Assembly: GCA_964629785.1 (NCBI GenBank)
Contig: CAZVRU010000003.1
Location: 2,740-66,739 of the forward strand
DNA length: 64,000 bases
Origin: an uncultured Planctomycetia bacterium
GTDB taxonomy: Bacteria > Omnitrophota > Gorgyraeia > Duberdicusellales > 4484-171
Direction of reading: 5' to 3'
Shown here piece by piece: positions 1-9,915 of the stretch. Below the pieces are notes generated by a model. It was not told where the DNA came from. It searched no databases and saw nothing but the letters and a program-made list of their open reading frames with translations. Position 1 is the first letter of the stretch, and every line of letters begins with the position of its first letter. A program made the position numbers and the translations under genes.

Positions 1-79
1 GTCATTCCCGCGAAAGCGGGAATCTATTCTTCTGTCATTCTGACCCTGAACGTAGTGAAGGGGAAGAATCTCTTCCTTC
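1..79. repeat. REP-like palindromic elements
   Basis: GTCATTCCCGCGAAAGCGGGAATC (stem CCCGC/GCGGG) is followed by a longer GTCATTC...GAATC variant. Related CCCGCC-N4-GGCGGGAAT occurs at 28812-28830. Confidence 0.5.
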
Positions 80-171
80 AGAATTTCTCACCCATTACAT
101 ACATACGTATTTTTTTCTCAAAGTGTCTCAGCCCCACTACATGTATTACCCTTTTTTCCTGAAAGTGTCGG

Positions 172-216
172 ACAAAAATAAAAAAACCCGTTACCGCCGT
201 TCGAACGGTAACGGGT
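172..216 (-). terminator. Rho-independent terminator (read on minus strand)
   Basis: 11-bp stem ACCCGTTACCG / CGGTAACGGGT (186-196 / 206-216). On the minus strand it is followed by TTTTTTTATTTTT. It lies downstream of the hsd-containing gene train. Confidence 0.6.
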
Positions 217-429
217 TTAGACGAGTCAGCCAAAGCGGCCGCAATGACTGGTCGTTATACTTTCATATTCAATCTTAGACTATCTGAAATCTTTTTCAAT
301 GGGGTCATTACTACAAAATAGCAAATCCCCCTCACGCTTTTATCTTATAACAGCGCGAATCTTTCTCAAGAGGGTCGTTACTACAAATTGGTAATAATTA
401 TTTGGAGGGTTAATTGCAGGAATTGGAGT

Positions 430-1836
430 TTAATCTTTATGCTCAAGCGGCTTATCCGGAATCATGCCTGCAGACTTTTTTGATTTAGCTTTAAAAACTA
501 ATTTTAAATGGCCTTCTTTTGCCATTTTAATCACAACCGTCTTTGCATGCGTATATAAGGCATCCTCAGACTGTTTTTGAATCCAATCGATCGTTTTATC
601 TCCTATGATCGGAGAAACTTTTTGTACAAATAAATTCCGAATACCCTTCTTTTTCAGAAGGCATGGGCCAATATATCTGGGAGGCAACCACTCTTCACTG
701 ATTTCTTTAATTTTTGGATTAATCAGATATCGAACACGGTAACTTTTATATCCATACTTTGAAATATTCACTTCCAAGATTTCTGCAACATCAGAAAGAT
801 CCGTTGTCACCAAGTCCCCGACATCCAACTTTCTTCGGGTTACATTCTCAATACCTATTGTTGCGCCTTCTCCGGAAGCGGCGCATTCGAGTATTCCCTT
901 AAAATTCTTCGGGCACTCGATATTTGCTAGCTGAAACGCTCTTTGCAGAATATTAAGACAAATCACAGGAATTTTATGTATGACATGCTTTACATCCTCG
1001 AATGAGTAATCTTTGAAATGTTCATCAATTAATGCATGGGCAGATTTACTGGAGCCGCCATATCCGACTTTATATGTCGGTCCCAAAACAATTTTTTCTC
1101 CATCTGTAGCAATCGACAGGGCTTTTTTATACCGCTGTCGATAAGATGATATTATGGACTGATCTTTTAAATCAAAAGTCGCTCCGGGCCTAAGAAACCA
1201 ACATTTATTCTTGTCTAGTTTATTTACGAGCGCATTGCACTTACTCAACAAGTCCTTTGACTGGTTAGTAAAATTTTCAATAGGATTGCCAAAAAATTCA
1301 GTAATATCTTGATTGGCGTACTTGATGTCCGTCAATCCTTCGGCCGCAAAAAAGAGCTGGTAATATTCTTGCTCATTTGTTTCAGAAAAACAAACCAGAT
1401 TACACAAGAACTCTTGCAACTTCCTAAAACGGACTTCAAACTCATCTATGATGCTCTCGTGAAGCAAATGACTGATCCTACCTCCGGAAATCGTTTCATT
1501 CCCAGGATTCATCTTGGGATAACCAAACAAAATCTCTTCCTCAGAATCCTCCACCCAACTGGCAACCCTCATACACGACATGCATGAAGAAAGCACTTCG
1601 CTGACGACTGCATATAAATAATACGATTTAGCGTCTGCATATGCGTAGCTAGCAATAAAGCGCACAGAATCATCTTTAATTGGCAAGTTTCTAAGTAGGT
1701 GCCCACTTATCTGAAGAATGGTTGAAAAGGGTGCGTTTTTCTCTTCCTCGCTCTGATCTTTTAATTGGGTGGGGATTCTCTCAATTAAACGAATTAATTT
1801 CTTCTTACATATAAATATTATCCGATCAATTTTCAT
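430..1836 (-). CDS. hypothetical protein, 468 aa, last gene of the type I R-M gene train
   Basis: Long uninterrupted ORF that starts 19 bp after the stop of the 1242-aa ORF. I recognise no motif. Confidence 0.6.
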   Translation of the reverse strand: MKIDRIIFICKKKLIRLIERIPTQLKDQSEEEKNAPFSTILQISGHLLRNLPIKDDSVRFIASYAYADAKSYYLYAVVSEVLSSCMSCMRVASWVEDSEEEILFGYPKMNPGNETISGGRISHLLHESIIDEFEVRFRKLQEFLCNLVCFSETNEQEYYQLFFAAEGLTDIKYANQDITEFFGNPIENFTNQSKDLLSKCNALVNKLDKNKCWFLRPGATFDLKDQSIISSYRQRYKKALSIATDGEKIVLGPTYKVGYGGSSKSAHALIDEHFKDYSFEDVKHVIHKIPVICLNILQRAFQLANIECPKNFKGILECAASGEGATIGIENVTRRKLDVGDLVTTDLSDVAEILEVNISKYGYKSYRVRYLINPKIKEISEEWLPPRYIGPCLLKKKGIRNLFVQKVSPIIGDKTIDWIQKQSEDALYTHAKTVVIKMAKEGHLKLVFKAKSKKSAGMIPDKPLEHKD

Positions 1837-1854
1837 CTAAACCGCTTCTGTCCT

Positions 1855-4800
1855 TCATTTTTGATTTTTATAAAATAAATCCTTTAAGAAATGAATTCCT
1901 CTTCTCCCATAGGTATTGCATATATTGTCAGCATCTGCCTTAATCGCCGAATCACTCTCCCCCACTTTATAAAGACGCTCAACAATCAGCTGAATTTCCT
2001 CCTGTCGAAAAGTCGGCGTTGCAGTCTCTAGAACCTTCAAGAAAATCTTCCCGATACGCTTAACGCTCCCCTCGTCATCAAACTTTGTTAAGTATTCAAT
2101 AAAAAACGCGGAGCGATGTTGAATTTCAATATAAGGCGCCGAAAGCAAAAGCCACGATTCCCTTTCCTCATCGATTTTATCTAACCAGATCGTTAATTCA
2201 GCCATACGGCTTAAAAATGAACCGTATGCATCACCAAGCTTTTCTTTAACTGTTTCGCGTTCGCTAAAAGTCCATTGCCAAAAAGCGATAACTTTATTTT
2301 TTGTTTCTTCAGAAGGCGCTTCTTCCGGATCATCGTTATCTTCTTTTTTTAGCTTTCGACCTGATATAGACCAGAAAAAGCCCGCAACATCTTCCCAACG
2401 ACTCTTCTTATCTTCAGTACTTGCTTCATCAAGCATTTTCCAGAAAAGACTTGGTTGTCCGTCTGCGTTATTCAGGCTCAGAGACTCCCCAAGCTGGAGA
2501 TACCCAATACAAACATGCTCCACAAGTCTTTCGTCTGCTCTGCCCTTAAATATCGTGCTCTCCAAAGCCTTTTTATAATTTCCCTTCATGAGATCATACA
2601 AATCTTTGTATACTCGGGATCCGGTCAAATATCCTTCCATGAACATTTGCCATTCAAAAGCAGGCGTATCCGGCTTGGCAAAATCACTAATTTTGCCAAC
2701 CGTATAATCGCTATCCAAGTAATTCATTTGCGGCAGATAGCGTCCGAACCAAATATACCCATCTATTCCAATCGGAAGGAAACGTTCAAATTTATCGCAT
2801 CCCCAGTTCTTGGCCCTTTCTTCCTTCTTGACTCTAGCAACTCTCAATGAAAATGATACGTACGCCATGATCGTCCGGCCAAGGGTAGTATTTAAAGCAT
2901 ACGTTAACGCATCCCTCTGAGTATCGGGAGCTTTCTCGCCTTTTAATAACGGAAGAATTAAGTCAAATATCTGTTCTACTTTATCAAAATATTTTAAATC
3001 AAACGCGCGCTTGTCATCCCTCGAACCATCGCCAATCAATTCAACAATCGCCTCTACAATCCAAATATAGCGGCCTTTACCGCTATCTTCGCCCTGTGCC
3101 TTTAACGCTTCGGCAACAACAGCATCTTTCCCCTTACTTAAATACCTAATGCTAAACTCAAAGATGTTGTTCCAATCAATTTCGCTACCAGCATTCCACG
3201 CCTCTTTTATCCCTCGAAGTATCCGATGCAAATAAAAATAGTCTGTTGAAATAAAAACCTGAAGCTCATCGGTAAATTTTTTAGGATCTTCTTTTACCGC
3301 GGCTTGCAAAACATCCGCCAGCCCCTCCTTATCGGGTACCCCTTCAAAAATAGCATGGCTCAAATCAGCCCCTTTAAACTCAGACAAATACTTCACAATC
3401 TCAGCCACAGATTTTTGCAGTATTTCTTCCTTTGTAACCGGGGATTTATGGCTCACAAATCCCCCTGTAAAAGAAGATCTTTCAACAGCATAGGGTTTAT
3501 CATCCTTAGGTTCAACTTTTCGCTTCTCTTCGTCATACAAAGAAGTAAACTCCTGATTTTCACGCAAGGGTGATAACCATTTATATTTCCAATAAGCGAT
3601 GAGCTTATCATCACCTTTGGTTATGTAATATTGCGGGACATCATTTATTAATGCTTTCAGCTTATCTTTTAGCCCGCTGCCAAAATCAGAATTATGATTT
3701 TGAAGCACATCATACATTTCAACCTCAAGATCAGATTCTGCTAAAACGGTCGGAGCAACCTCGATCAATTTATCTAAATATCCCTTATAATCCGCCCAGA
3801 ATTTATCAACACACAAAAGAACAAGTCGTCTGAAGATGGGGAATTGATATCTGTTTTCTTGTAAAAATGCATCTAAGACCTTCTTGCCATCTTCTCGATT
3901 TGATTCGCACTTAGCCAGCAAGACATCACGCAAAATGACAGTCAACACATCTTCAGCTCCATCCCCGTGTTCAGGCCCACTTATTAATGTTCGGCACCAT
4001 ATGTGAGAGTAATCCGAGAATAGACCTTCGTGGATGCTTAAAAATTTTTGCTCATATTTATCTGCGCTATCCCAGCTAATGTCCCCTGGTAAATTCTTTT
4101 TAATCTCAGATATAAAAGCATCTTTTGTTAACGCGGTAAATGTGAACCGCTTTACATCAATTTGCGGTTCAAGGTTATGAAGCGCCCAGAAATCTTTCTC
4201 ACGATCTACCTCCTTGAGCTGATCTTCCGAGAATTGGCTAAGGGTGGCAGCATATTGATCATCTTGGAACTGGATGTCGCCGGACTTCAGGCTATCAACA
4301 CTGATCCTCTCAACTTTGAGTCGATAAACTGTATCCCCTATCTCCAAGTCAGTGTAGTGATCTTTTTGTTTATACTCTAAAGCCCTGCTCAATCTCTGTG
4401 CTAATTCGAAAACAATACGAACGGAACACTTTTGGCCAATCGATTGTCCGTATTTCTTGAACGCGTCTAAAATCCAATAAACCTGCCACTCCATTAAGGC
4501 ATCATCACGTTTCGTAAAGGCGTTTGATTTTCCGCCTGCTCGAATCGTGGTAATAGCAAGAACTATATTCTCTGCGTAGATATAATCCGGGCCGAAGTCA
4601 CCTCCCAAACATTTGGGCAGCAATTTTTCTCCAATATCACTAATGGTCAGGTCGCTACCTAGCGAATGGTCTGTCCACACTGAAAGCCACACTTTAAACT
4701 TACCTATGGAAAGATTTTCTTTTATTACGGCGGGCGGGAGATTATTCAGAATTTTAACGCAATACCACCAGATATGATAATTATTGACCCTCTTCTTGGT

Positions 4801-5583
4801 TAAGGAAAACTGAACAAGGCTTTCAATAATATCAATTAATTCTTTACCATACTGGATATTTTGCGGAGCCTGTTCCGAAACGCGCTCGAGGTAATCAAGC
4901 ACTCTCCAAAACAATGCGTTTCCAGAATCATCAAATTCTATCTTCTCTGGCGAGAAATAGAATTTCTTCTTTAATAATGGGAACCACTTTGCATCGGTCT
5001 CTTTCCTAAAGAAATAGCTTGAGTAAAAAGGGATAGACAGAATATTATTAAGCACCTCAAAAGGGCCGCCTTCTAAAGTTTTGAGCGTGCCTATATGCTC
5101 AATACGTTCAATAATGGCATAATACGAACCGACTAATTTTTCGAGAACATTTTCATATTTAGTCCAGACCTCTTTGACCTCTGAAATATCTCGCGATTCT
5201 TTCCACGCACCTCTACGATGTGCATATTTATGAAGTTTACTACTGACTGAATACCATTCTGAAGAGAAACCTTCTAATTGCTTTATTCCTAATGAAAACA
5301 ATATCGATTTCTTGTGGCGTTCTTTCTCTTCTTCATCTGGAACAAAATCTACAGCCAAAATATCCCGTAACCCTCCATCGATTTCTCTTGCCGCGTGCAT
5401 TAAAAAGTTTGAACCATTAGGACAATCACCGTAATATATTTTGAGACCGGCTTCATAAAAACCGGCTATTTCCGGACCAACAGAAGAAAGCCCTTCAAAG
5501 ATTTGTTTCTGTTTTTGAGTCCATTTATCTTTCATAAGAGGAGTAGTATGGCGATGGCACCGTGGGATACGCCCGGTAGACAT
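1855..5583 (-). CDS. large hypothetical protein (1242 aa; alternative ATG at 5535)
   Basis: 3.7-kb uninterrupted ORF whose 5' end overlaps the hsdR stop (5525). I could not see a Walker A, nuclease or other signature. Confidence 0.6.
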   Translation of the reverse strand: MSTGRIPRCHRHTTPLMKDKWTQKQKQIFEGLSSVGPEIAGFYEAGLKIYYGDCPNGSNFLMHAAREIDGGLRDILAVDFVPDEEEKERHKKSILFSLGIKQLEGFSSEWYSVSSKLHKYAHRRGAWKESRDISEVKEVWTKYENVLEKLVGSYYAIIERIEHIGTLKTLEGGPFEVLNNILSIPFYSSYFFRKETDAKWFPLLKKKFYFSPEKIEFDDSGNALFWRVLDYLERVSEQAPQNIQYGKELIDIIESLVQFSLTKKRVNNYHIWWYCVKILNNLPPAVIKENLSIGKFKVWLSVWTDHSLGSDLTISDIGEKLLPKCLGGDFGPDYIYAENIVLAITTIRAGGKSNAFTKRDDALMEWQVYWILDAFKKYGQSIGQKCSVRIVFELAQRLSRALEYKQKDHYTDLEIGDTVYRLKVERISVDSLKSGDIQFQDDQYAATLSQFSEDQLKEVDREKDFWALHNLEPQIDVKRFTFTALTKDAFISEIKKNLPGDISWDSADKYEQKFLSIHEGLFSDYSHIWCRTLISGPEHGDGAEDVLTVILRDVLLAKCESNREDGKKVLDAFLQENRYQFPIFRRLVLLCVDKFWADYKGYLDKLIEVAPTVLAESDLEVEMYDVLQNHNSDFGSGLKDKLKALINDVPQYYITKGDDKLIAYWKYKWLSPLRENQEFTSLYDEEKRKVEPKDDKPYAVERSSFTGGFVSHKSPVTKEEILQKSVAEIVKYLSEFKGADLSHAIFEGVPDKEGLADVLQAAVKEDPKKFTDELQVFISTDYFYLHRILRGIKEAWNAGSEIDWNNIFEFSIRYLSKGKDAVVAEALKAQGEDSGKGRYIWIVEAIVELIGDGSRDDKRAFDLKYFDKVEQIFDLILPLLKGEKAPDTQRDALTYALNTTLGRTIMAYVSFSLRVARVKKEERAKNWGCDKFERFLPIGIDGYIWFGRYLPQMNYLDSDYTVGKISDFAKPDTPAFEWQMFMEGYLTGSRVYKDLYDLMKGNYKKALESTIFKGRADERLVEHVCIGYLQLGESLSLNNADGQPSLFWKMLDEASTEDKKSRWEDVAGFFWSISGRKLKKEDNDDPEEAPSEETKNKVIAFWQWTFSERETVKEKLGDAYGSFLSRMAELTIWLDKIDEERESWLLLSAPYIEIQHRSAFFIEYLTKFDDEGSVKRIGKIFLKVLETATPTFRQEEIQLIVERLYKVGESDSAIKADADNICNTYGRRGIHFLKDLFYKNQK

Positions 5584-8500
5584 GATAAAAGACAGCCTCA
5601 GCCATTTTATCTACATCACCTTGTGTGTACTGTTCAACAGGCAAACCGGTTTTCTCATCCCATAGGAAATTTTTAATCAACACCTTAACCTCATCTCGAG
5701 TCGGTTCTTTTTCCTGCCAGTTATATAAATTCTTCAGCTTTTCCTTTAAGAGATCTAATAAATCTTTAGCCACTTTCTTGATTCTTTGAATTTCTTTTGA
5801 CGTCAATTCCGGTTTAAATAAAAGGTCATAAACAGCGAGCGTCTCTTCATCCATCCCTTCACGCATAGCACGGCTTTCTTCTTCATCCAAGCCTTGCACA
5901 AATTTCAAAAGCGCTTCAAAGGTAGCTTCGATATTCTGACGATCCTTTTCATTGTTATATTCCGCGATGATCTTCTCGTAGTGCTCTTGAAAGTTTGTCC
6001 TAAGTGGATTTTTTTGAATAAGGCGTTGAAGCTTTTTTTCAATAATGGTCTTCAAACTCTGCACGGTTGTATTTTTAGTTCTGGCATTATCAAATTCAGC
6101 TCGCAATCGATTAAAATCGATTTTGCTTATATCGTAGGGCTTGTTTGGTTCTTTTGATTTACCAGATGAAACATCGACTGACTCATCGATGACCTCATGC
6201 AACTGTTTAATAATATCGCTGATATCCGCCAATTCCCGATCTTTCTGGAGGCTTTTGTAGATAATGTTGATCGCGCTATATTGGCTTCTATAGCTATTTA
6301 CTTGAGGAATAGTCAGGCAGGCCTTGAATTTAATAAACACTTCACGGCACATAACCTCAAATTTCTTCCTCGTCTCATCATTCTCGTTCACCACTTCCTT
6401 TGCCGTAACTATTGCTTTGTTCCTGTCAAACCCGGTTGCACTAATAATGTTCTCAAGCGGGGCTTTCCGTTCATCCAAGAAAGCAACTACCATTTCAATA
6501 GCCTGTTTCAGATCTTCTATAAGTTCCTCTTTGGTCTTTGTGGGGTCTACACCTTCCGGGCCAGTTCCTCCCGGCCGGCCGTTATCGCCGGTACCAGTAA
6601 ACGTCGCGAGCGCCTTTCGTAGATTCTTGAGAATGCCGCAATAATCAATAATCAGTCCGTTATTCTTGTCTTTGTTGACTCTATTTGCCCGAGCGATCGC
6701 CTGCATCAGCGTATGCGCTTTAAGCGGCTTATCCAAATACAGGTTCGCCAAACTCGGGACATCAAACCCGGTCAACCACATGGCGCAAACAATAGAAATG
6801 CGGAAAGGATGTGCCTCCCTTTTGAAAGCAGAATCTACATCGATTCGCGTTCCATCTGATAGCTCAAAGCCATTTTTCATCAATTGACGGTGCGACTTAA
6901 TATCAAAGCCCCACTTTCTAAACTTTTCTACTTCTCCCTGCTCTTCGCTCACGATAACGGCCATCTTTGTTTCTTTCATCCAGATTAACTGGTTGGAAAG
7001 ATAGTCCCTCTCTTCGCCAGAGGCCATTTTCCACGATGCTTCAATTTCCTCTTCCTTCTGGGCCCAATATTGCTTGATCAGCTCATACATACGCACACAG
7101 GTCAGCTTATCGATACAGACAAACATCGCTTTCCCGGTTTCCCATGCTGTCGTGTAATGGTTGACAAAATCCTTTGCGATATCATTAAGCCTCTTTTCGG
7201 CCGTGATGATGTGATAGTCCCGTTTAAGCTCTTTCTCTAAGCGTTCCTTAACATTGATATCTGTTACCTCTATTTGCTCCAATTTCTCAGCGATACGCTC
7301 ATTGATATCGGTCGTCGCGACCCCAAGAGTTTCTCCCCGGGAATCATAATACAGCGGCACTGTTGCCTTATCTTCTACCGCGCGCTGAAAATCATATGTT
7401 GAAACATAATCACCAAAAACCTTTGAAGTAATCTCATCGTCTTTAAACAATGGGGTGCCGGTAAATCCGATAAAATTAGCCTCCGGCAAGGCATTGCGCA
7501 TATTCAAAGCGAGTGTGCCATATTGCGTGCGGTGTGCCTCATCCGTAATCACAATAATATCAGGACGTTTTGTATACCCTTCCGTTGGATCGACTTCCTG
7601 ATTGAACTTTTGTATAGTAGTAAAAACGTAAGCCTTATGATGAGTCATTAGCTCAGCCAAATGCTTGCCGCTTGTCGGCCTACACGGATTCTTATCATTA
7701 TCTGCCACACCACACCCTGCAAATGTGTTATAGATTTGCGTATCCAAATCGTCGCGGTCTGTGCATATCAAAAAGGTGTAATTACCTCCGATTTTACGAT
7801 GCACTTTAGTTGTAAAGAACACCATGGAATAGCTCTTGCCCGCGCCCTGCGTATGCCAAAACACTCCGAGCTTACCCTTGGATCTCGCGGGATCATTTAA
7901 TGCTTTGATGACTTGATTCACACCGAGATATTGATGGTTTTTTGCAAGGACCTTGATCTTTTTGCCTGTCGAATCGTCAAAAAGAATAAAATTCTCAAAA
8001 ATTTCCATAAAATTTGCTTTGTCACAGACGCCTTTGAGAAGTGTCTCCATATCAACCACACCGGGATCTGATTCCGACAGGCGTTTCCAATCATGGAAAT
8101 GCTCGAAGCCCGCCGTTATGGATCCTATTTTCGCCTTATCTCCATTGGCAAGCATTATGATCGCGTTATGGTGGAAGAAATGGGGAATGGTATCTTTGTA
8201 ATCGGACAAATTCCGGTCGTAAGCCTGTTTAAGGTCTTTGTGGATATTCTTGCACTCGATGAAAAGTAATGGAATCCCATTAACAAAACCAGCAATATCA
8301 ATTCGTCGCCTGTAAAGATCACCCTGGACCCATAATTCCCTCACCGCCAAGAAATGATTATTAACTGCTCGCGCTGTATCATCAAAATCAAAGACCCTGA
8401 GTCGCTCTTTTTTTATTTCCCCATGTTCACCTTGAAACGAAACAAGTACTCCGTCTTTGAAGAGTTTGTATTTTTCGAAGTTGTTCGCCAGTAACGATTG

Positions 8501-8752
8501 GCTTTGTGAGTAATCTTTGACTTGACGAACAGCTTCATCATAAGCAGTTTCAGGAAGACCGGGGTTCAGTTTTACAAGCGCTTGCCGCAAGTAACGCGCA
8601 AGCACCACTTCCCGGTCAGAGATTCTGCCCAATAAACCATCGGGCCCATACGTTTCTTGATTGTAGGCATACACAGACTCCCATCCGAGCTGGTCATGGA
8701 GATAGTTGACGGTTGTCTGTTGCACTAAAGTATCTTCGTTTAAATAAGTCAT
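5525..8752 (-). CDS. hsdR: type I restriction enzyme R subunit
   Basis: Walker A region WHTQGAGKSYSM and DEAH box VITDEAHRTQYG. Long C-terminal helical region typical of HsdR. Adjacent to hsdS and hsdM. Confidence 0.9.
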   Translation of the reverse strand: MTYLNEDTLVQQTTVNYLHDQLGWESVYAYNQETYGPDGLLGRISDREVVLARYLRQALVKLNPGLPETAYDEAVRQVKDYSQSQSLLANNFEKYKLFKDGVLVSFQGEHGEIKKERLRVFDFDDTARAVNNHFLAVRELWVQGDLYRRRIDIAGFVNGIPLLFIECKNIHKDLKQAYDRNLSDYKDTIPHFFHHNAIIMLANGDKAKIGSITAGFEHFHDWKRLSESDPGVVDMETLLKGVCDKANFMEIFENFILFDDSTGKKIKVLAKNHQYLGVNQVIKALNDPARSKGKLGVFWHTQGAGKSYSMVFFTTKVHRKIGGNYTFLICTDRDDLDTQIYNTFAGCGVADNDKNPCRPTSGKHLAELMTHHKAYVFTTIQKFNQEVDPTEGYTKRPDIIVITDEAHRTQYGTLALNMRNALPEANFIGFTGTPLFKDDEITSKVFGDYVSTYDFQRAVEDKATVPLYYDSRGETLGVATTDINERIAEKLEQIEVTDINVKERLEKELKRDYHIITAEKRLNDIAKDFVNHYTTAWETGKAMFVCIDKLTCVRMYELIKQYWAQKEEEIEASWKMASGEERDYLSNQLIWMKETKMAVIVSEEQGEVEKFRKWGFDIKSHRQLMKNGFELSDGTRIDVDSAFKREAHPFRISIVCAMWLTGFDVPSLANLYLDKPLKAHTLMQAIARANRVNKDKNNGLIIDYCGILKNLRKALATFTGTGDNGRPGGTGPEGVDPTKTKEELIEDLKQAIEMVVAFLDERKAPLENIISATGFDRNKAIVTAKEVVNENDETRKKFEVMCREVFIKFKACLTIPQVNSYRSQYSAINIIYKSLQKDRELADISDIIKQLHEVIDESVDVSSGKSKEPNKPYDISKIDFNRLRAEFDNARTKNTTVQSLKTIIEKKLQRLIQKNPLRTNFQEHYEKIIAEYNNEKDRQNIEATFEALLKFVQGLDEEESRAMREGMDEETLAVYDLLFKPELTSKEIQRIKKVAKDLLDLLKEKLKNLYNWQEKEPTRDEVKVLIKNFLWDEKTGLPVEQYTQGDVDKMAEAVFYHVYRAYPTVPSPYYSSYER

Positions 8753-8754
8753 AT

Positions 8755-9915
8755 TTACACTTCGATTTTTCCGCTCATCAGCCGCGGTAAAAGTAAATCT
8801 CGCGCTTGAGCAAGCTTTTGATTCTGATATTTTATGTTTTTTATTAAGTTAAAAATCGGCGTTACTAACGCCTCAAATCGTCTACAAATTTCATCGGGAG
8901 GGATTAGAATTTTTAATCTCATTAGGTCTTTTGGATAAACATGAGGTTGAGCGGCTCCTACTTGCATTCCCGTTATATATGTCTGCAAACTCTTTAACAT
9001 CAAAAATAAATAAAAAATGTATTTTGTTGTTTCCTTGTTTATATAAGAACAATCTGACGCCCATACATCATAATAATACAAATTAACATATCCGGCGTTT
9101 GCACCAGACGCGCTTACAGTGACCACAGGAGCACACACATTAGCTTTATTGTGAAAATATGTTGGTTCTAATCCACCACCAACAACAGGAATATCACCTT
9201 CAATTGCTTGTTCAAATGTAATATTCTTGCCCTTCTTGATCGCCGCAATATCAACTAAAAGGCCTTTTTGCCATCCAACATGCACACCATCTACAATCTT
9301 AACTTTTTCATGCCCCGGGAAACGACAATAGACAAACCACTCGCGAAAAAGCAATCGTGCCGTTTTTTCTAAAAGTAATATGCGACTGTTATTAACGACA
9401 ATCAGGTCATCATATGCCGCTAAATTACTAGATATTTTTTGCTGAGAAGTATAATCAATCTCTGGGATATCAAAATTCTCTATCATCTCTTTTGTTAAAG
9501 CTTTTCTTGTGCCCCCAGACCCAGCGAACGATAGCATTTTTCTTTGCATATATGGCGATATCAAATAATACATAAGGAAATTAGGATTAAGTCCATCCTT
9601 AACCGTTCTTAATATAGACACGTGCTGATTGACTCTTGCTGGCAATATTTTCTCTGGCACCATACAACATCGCGCGACAGAATCCCCGGTAATATTTAAA
9701 AGAACATCATTTTTTTCTACAGTAACTCCCTTCATCTTTTGAGCTATATCACTATTAATGAAGGCAAGACCTTGTTCAGAAAATTTACCGTTGTAAACAT
9801 TTTGACTTCTAATTAATGCAACACCACGATCAATATATACGCTATCTCCACCCCTTGGCGTAACTCCACTTCCTATTTTTTTGCAAAAGGGTTTTAACTT
9901 AACTGTACTCTTCAT
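8755..9915 (-). CDS. hsdS: type I restriction enzyme S (specificity) subunit
   Basis: Two-TRD layout with a conserved spacer and C-terminal LLPRLMSGKIEV. There is a 4-nt overlap with hsdM. Confidence 0.85.
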   Translation of the reverse strand: MKSTVKLKPFCKKIGSGVTPRGGDSVYIDRGVALIRSQNVYNGKFSEQGLAFINSDIAQKMKGVTVEKNDVLLNITGDSVARCCMVPEKILPARVNQHVSILRTVKDGLNPNFLMYYLISPYMQRKMLSFAGSGGTRKALTKEMIENFDIPEIDYTSQQKISSNLAAYDDLIVVNNSRILLLEKTARLLFREWFVYCRFPGHEKVKIVDGVHVGWQKGLLVDIAAIKKGKNITFEQAIEGDIPVVGGGLEPTYFHNKANVCAPVVTVSASGANAGYVNLYYYDVWASDCSYINKETTKYIFYLFLMLKSLQTYITGMQVGAAQPHVYPKDLMRLKILIPPDEICRRFEALVTPIFNLIKNIKYQNQKLAQARDLLLPRLMSGKIEV

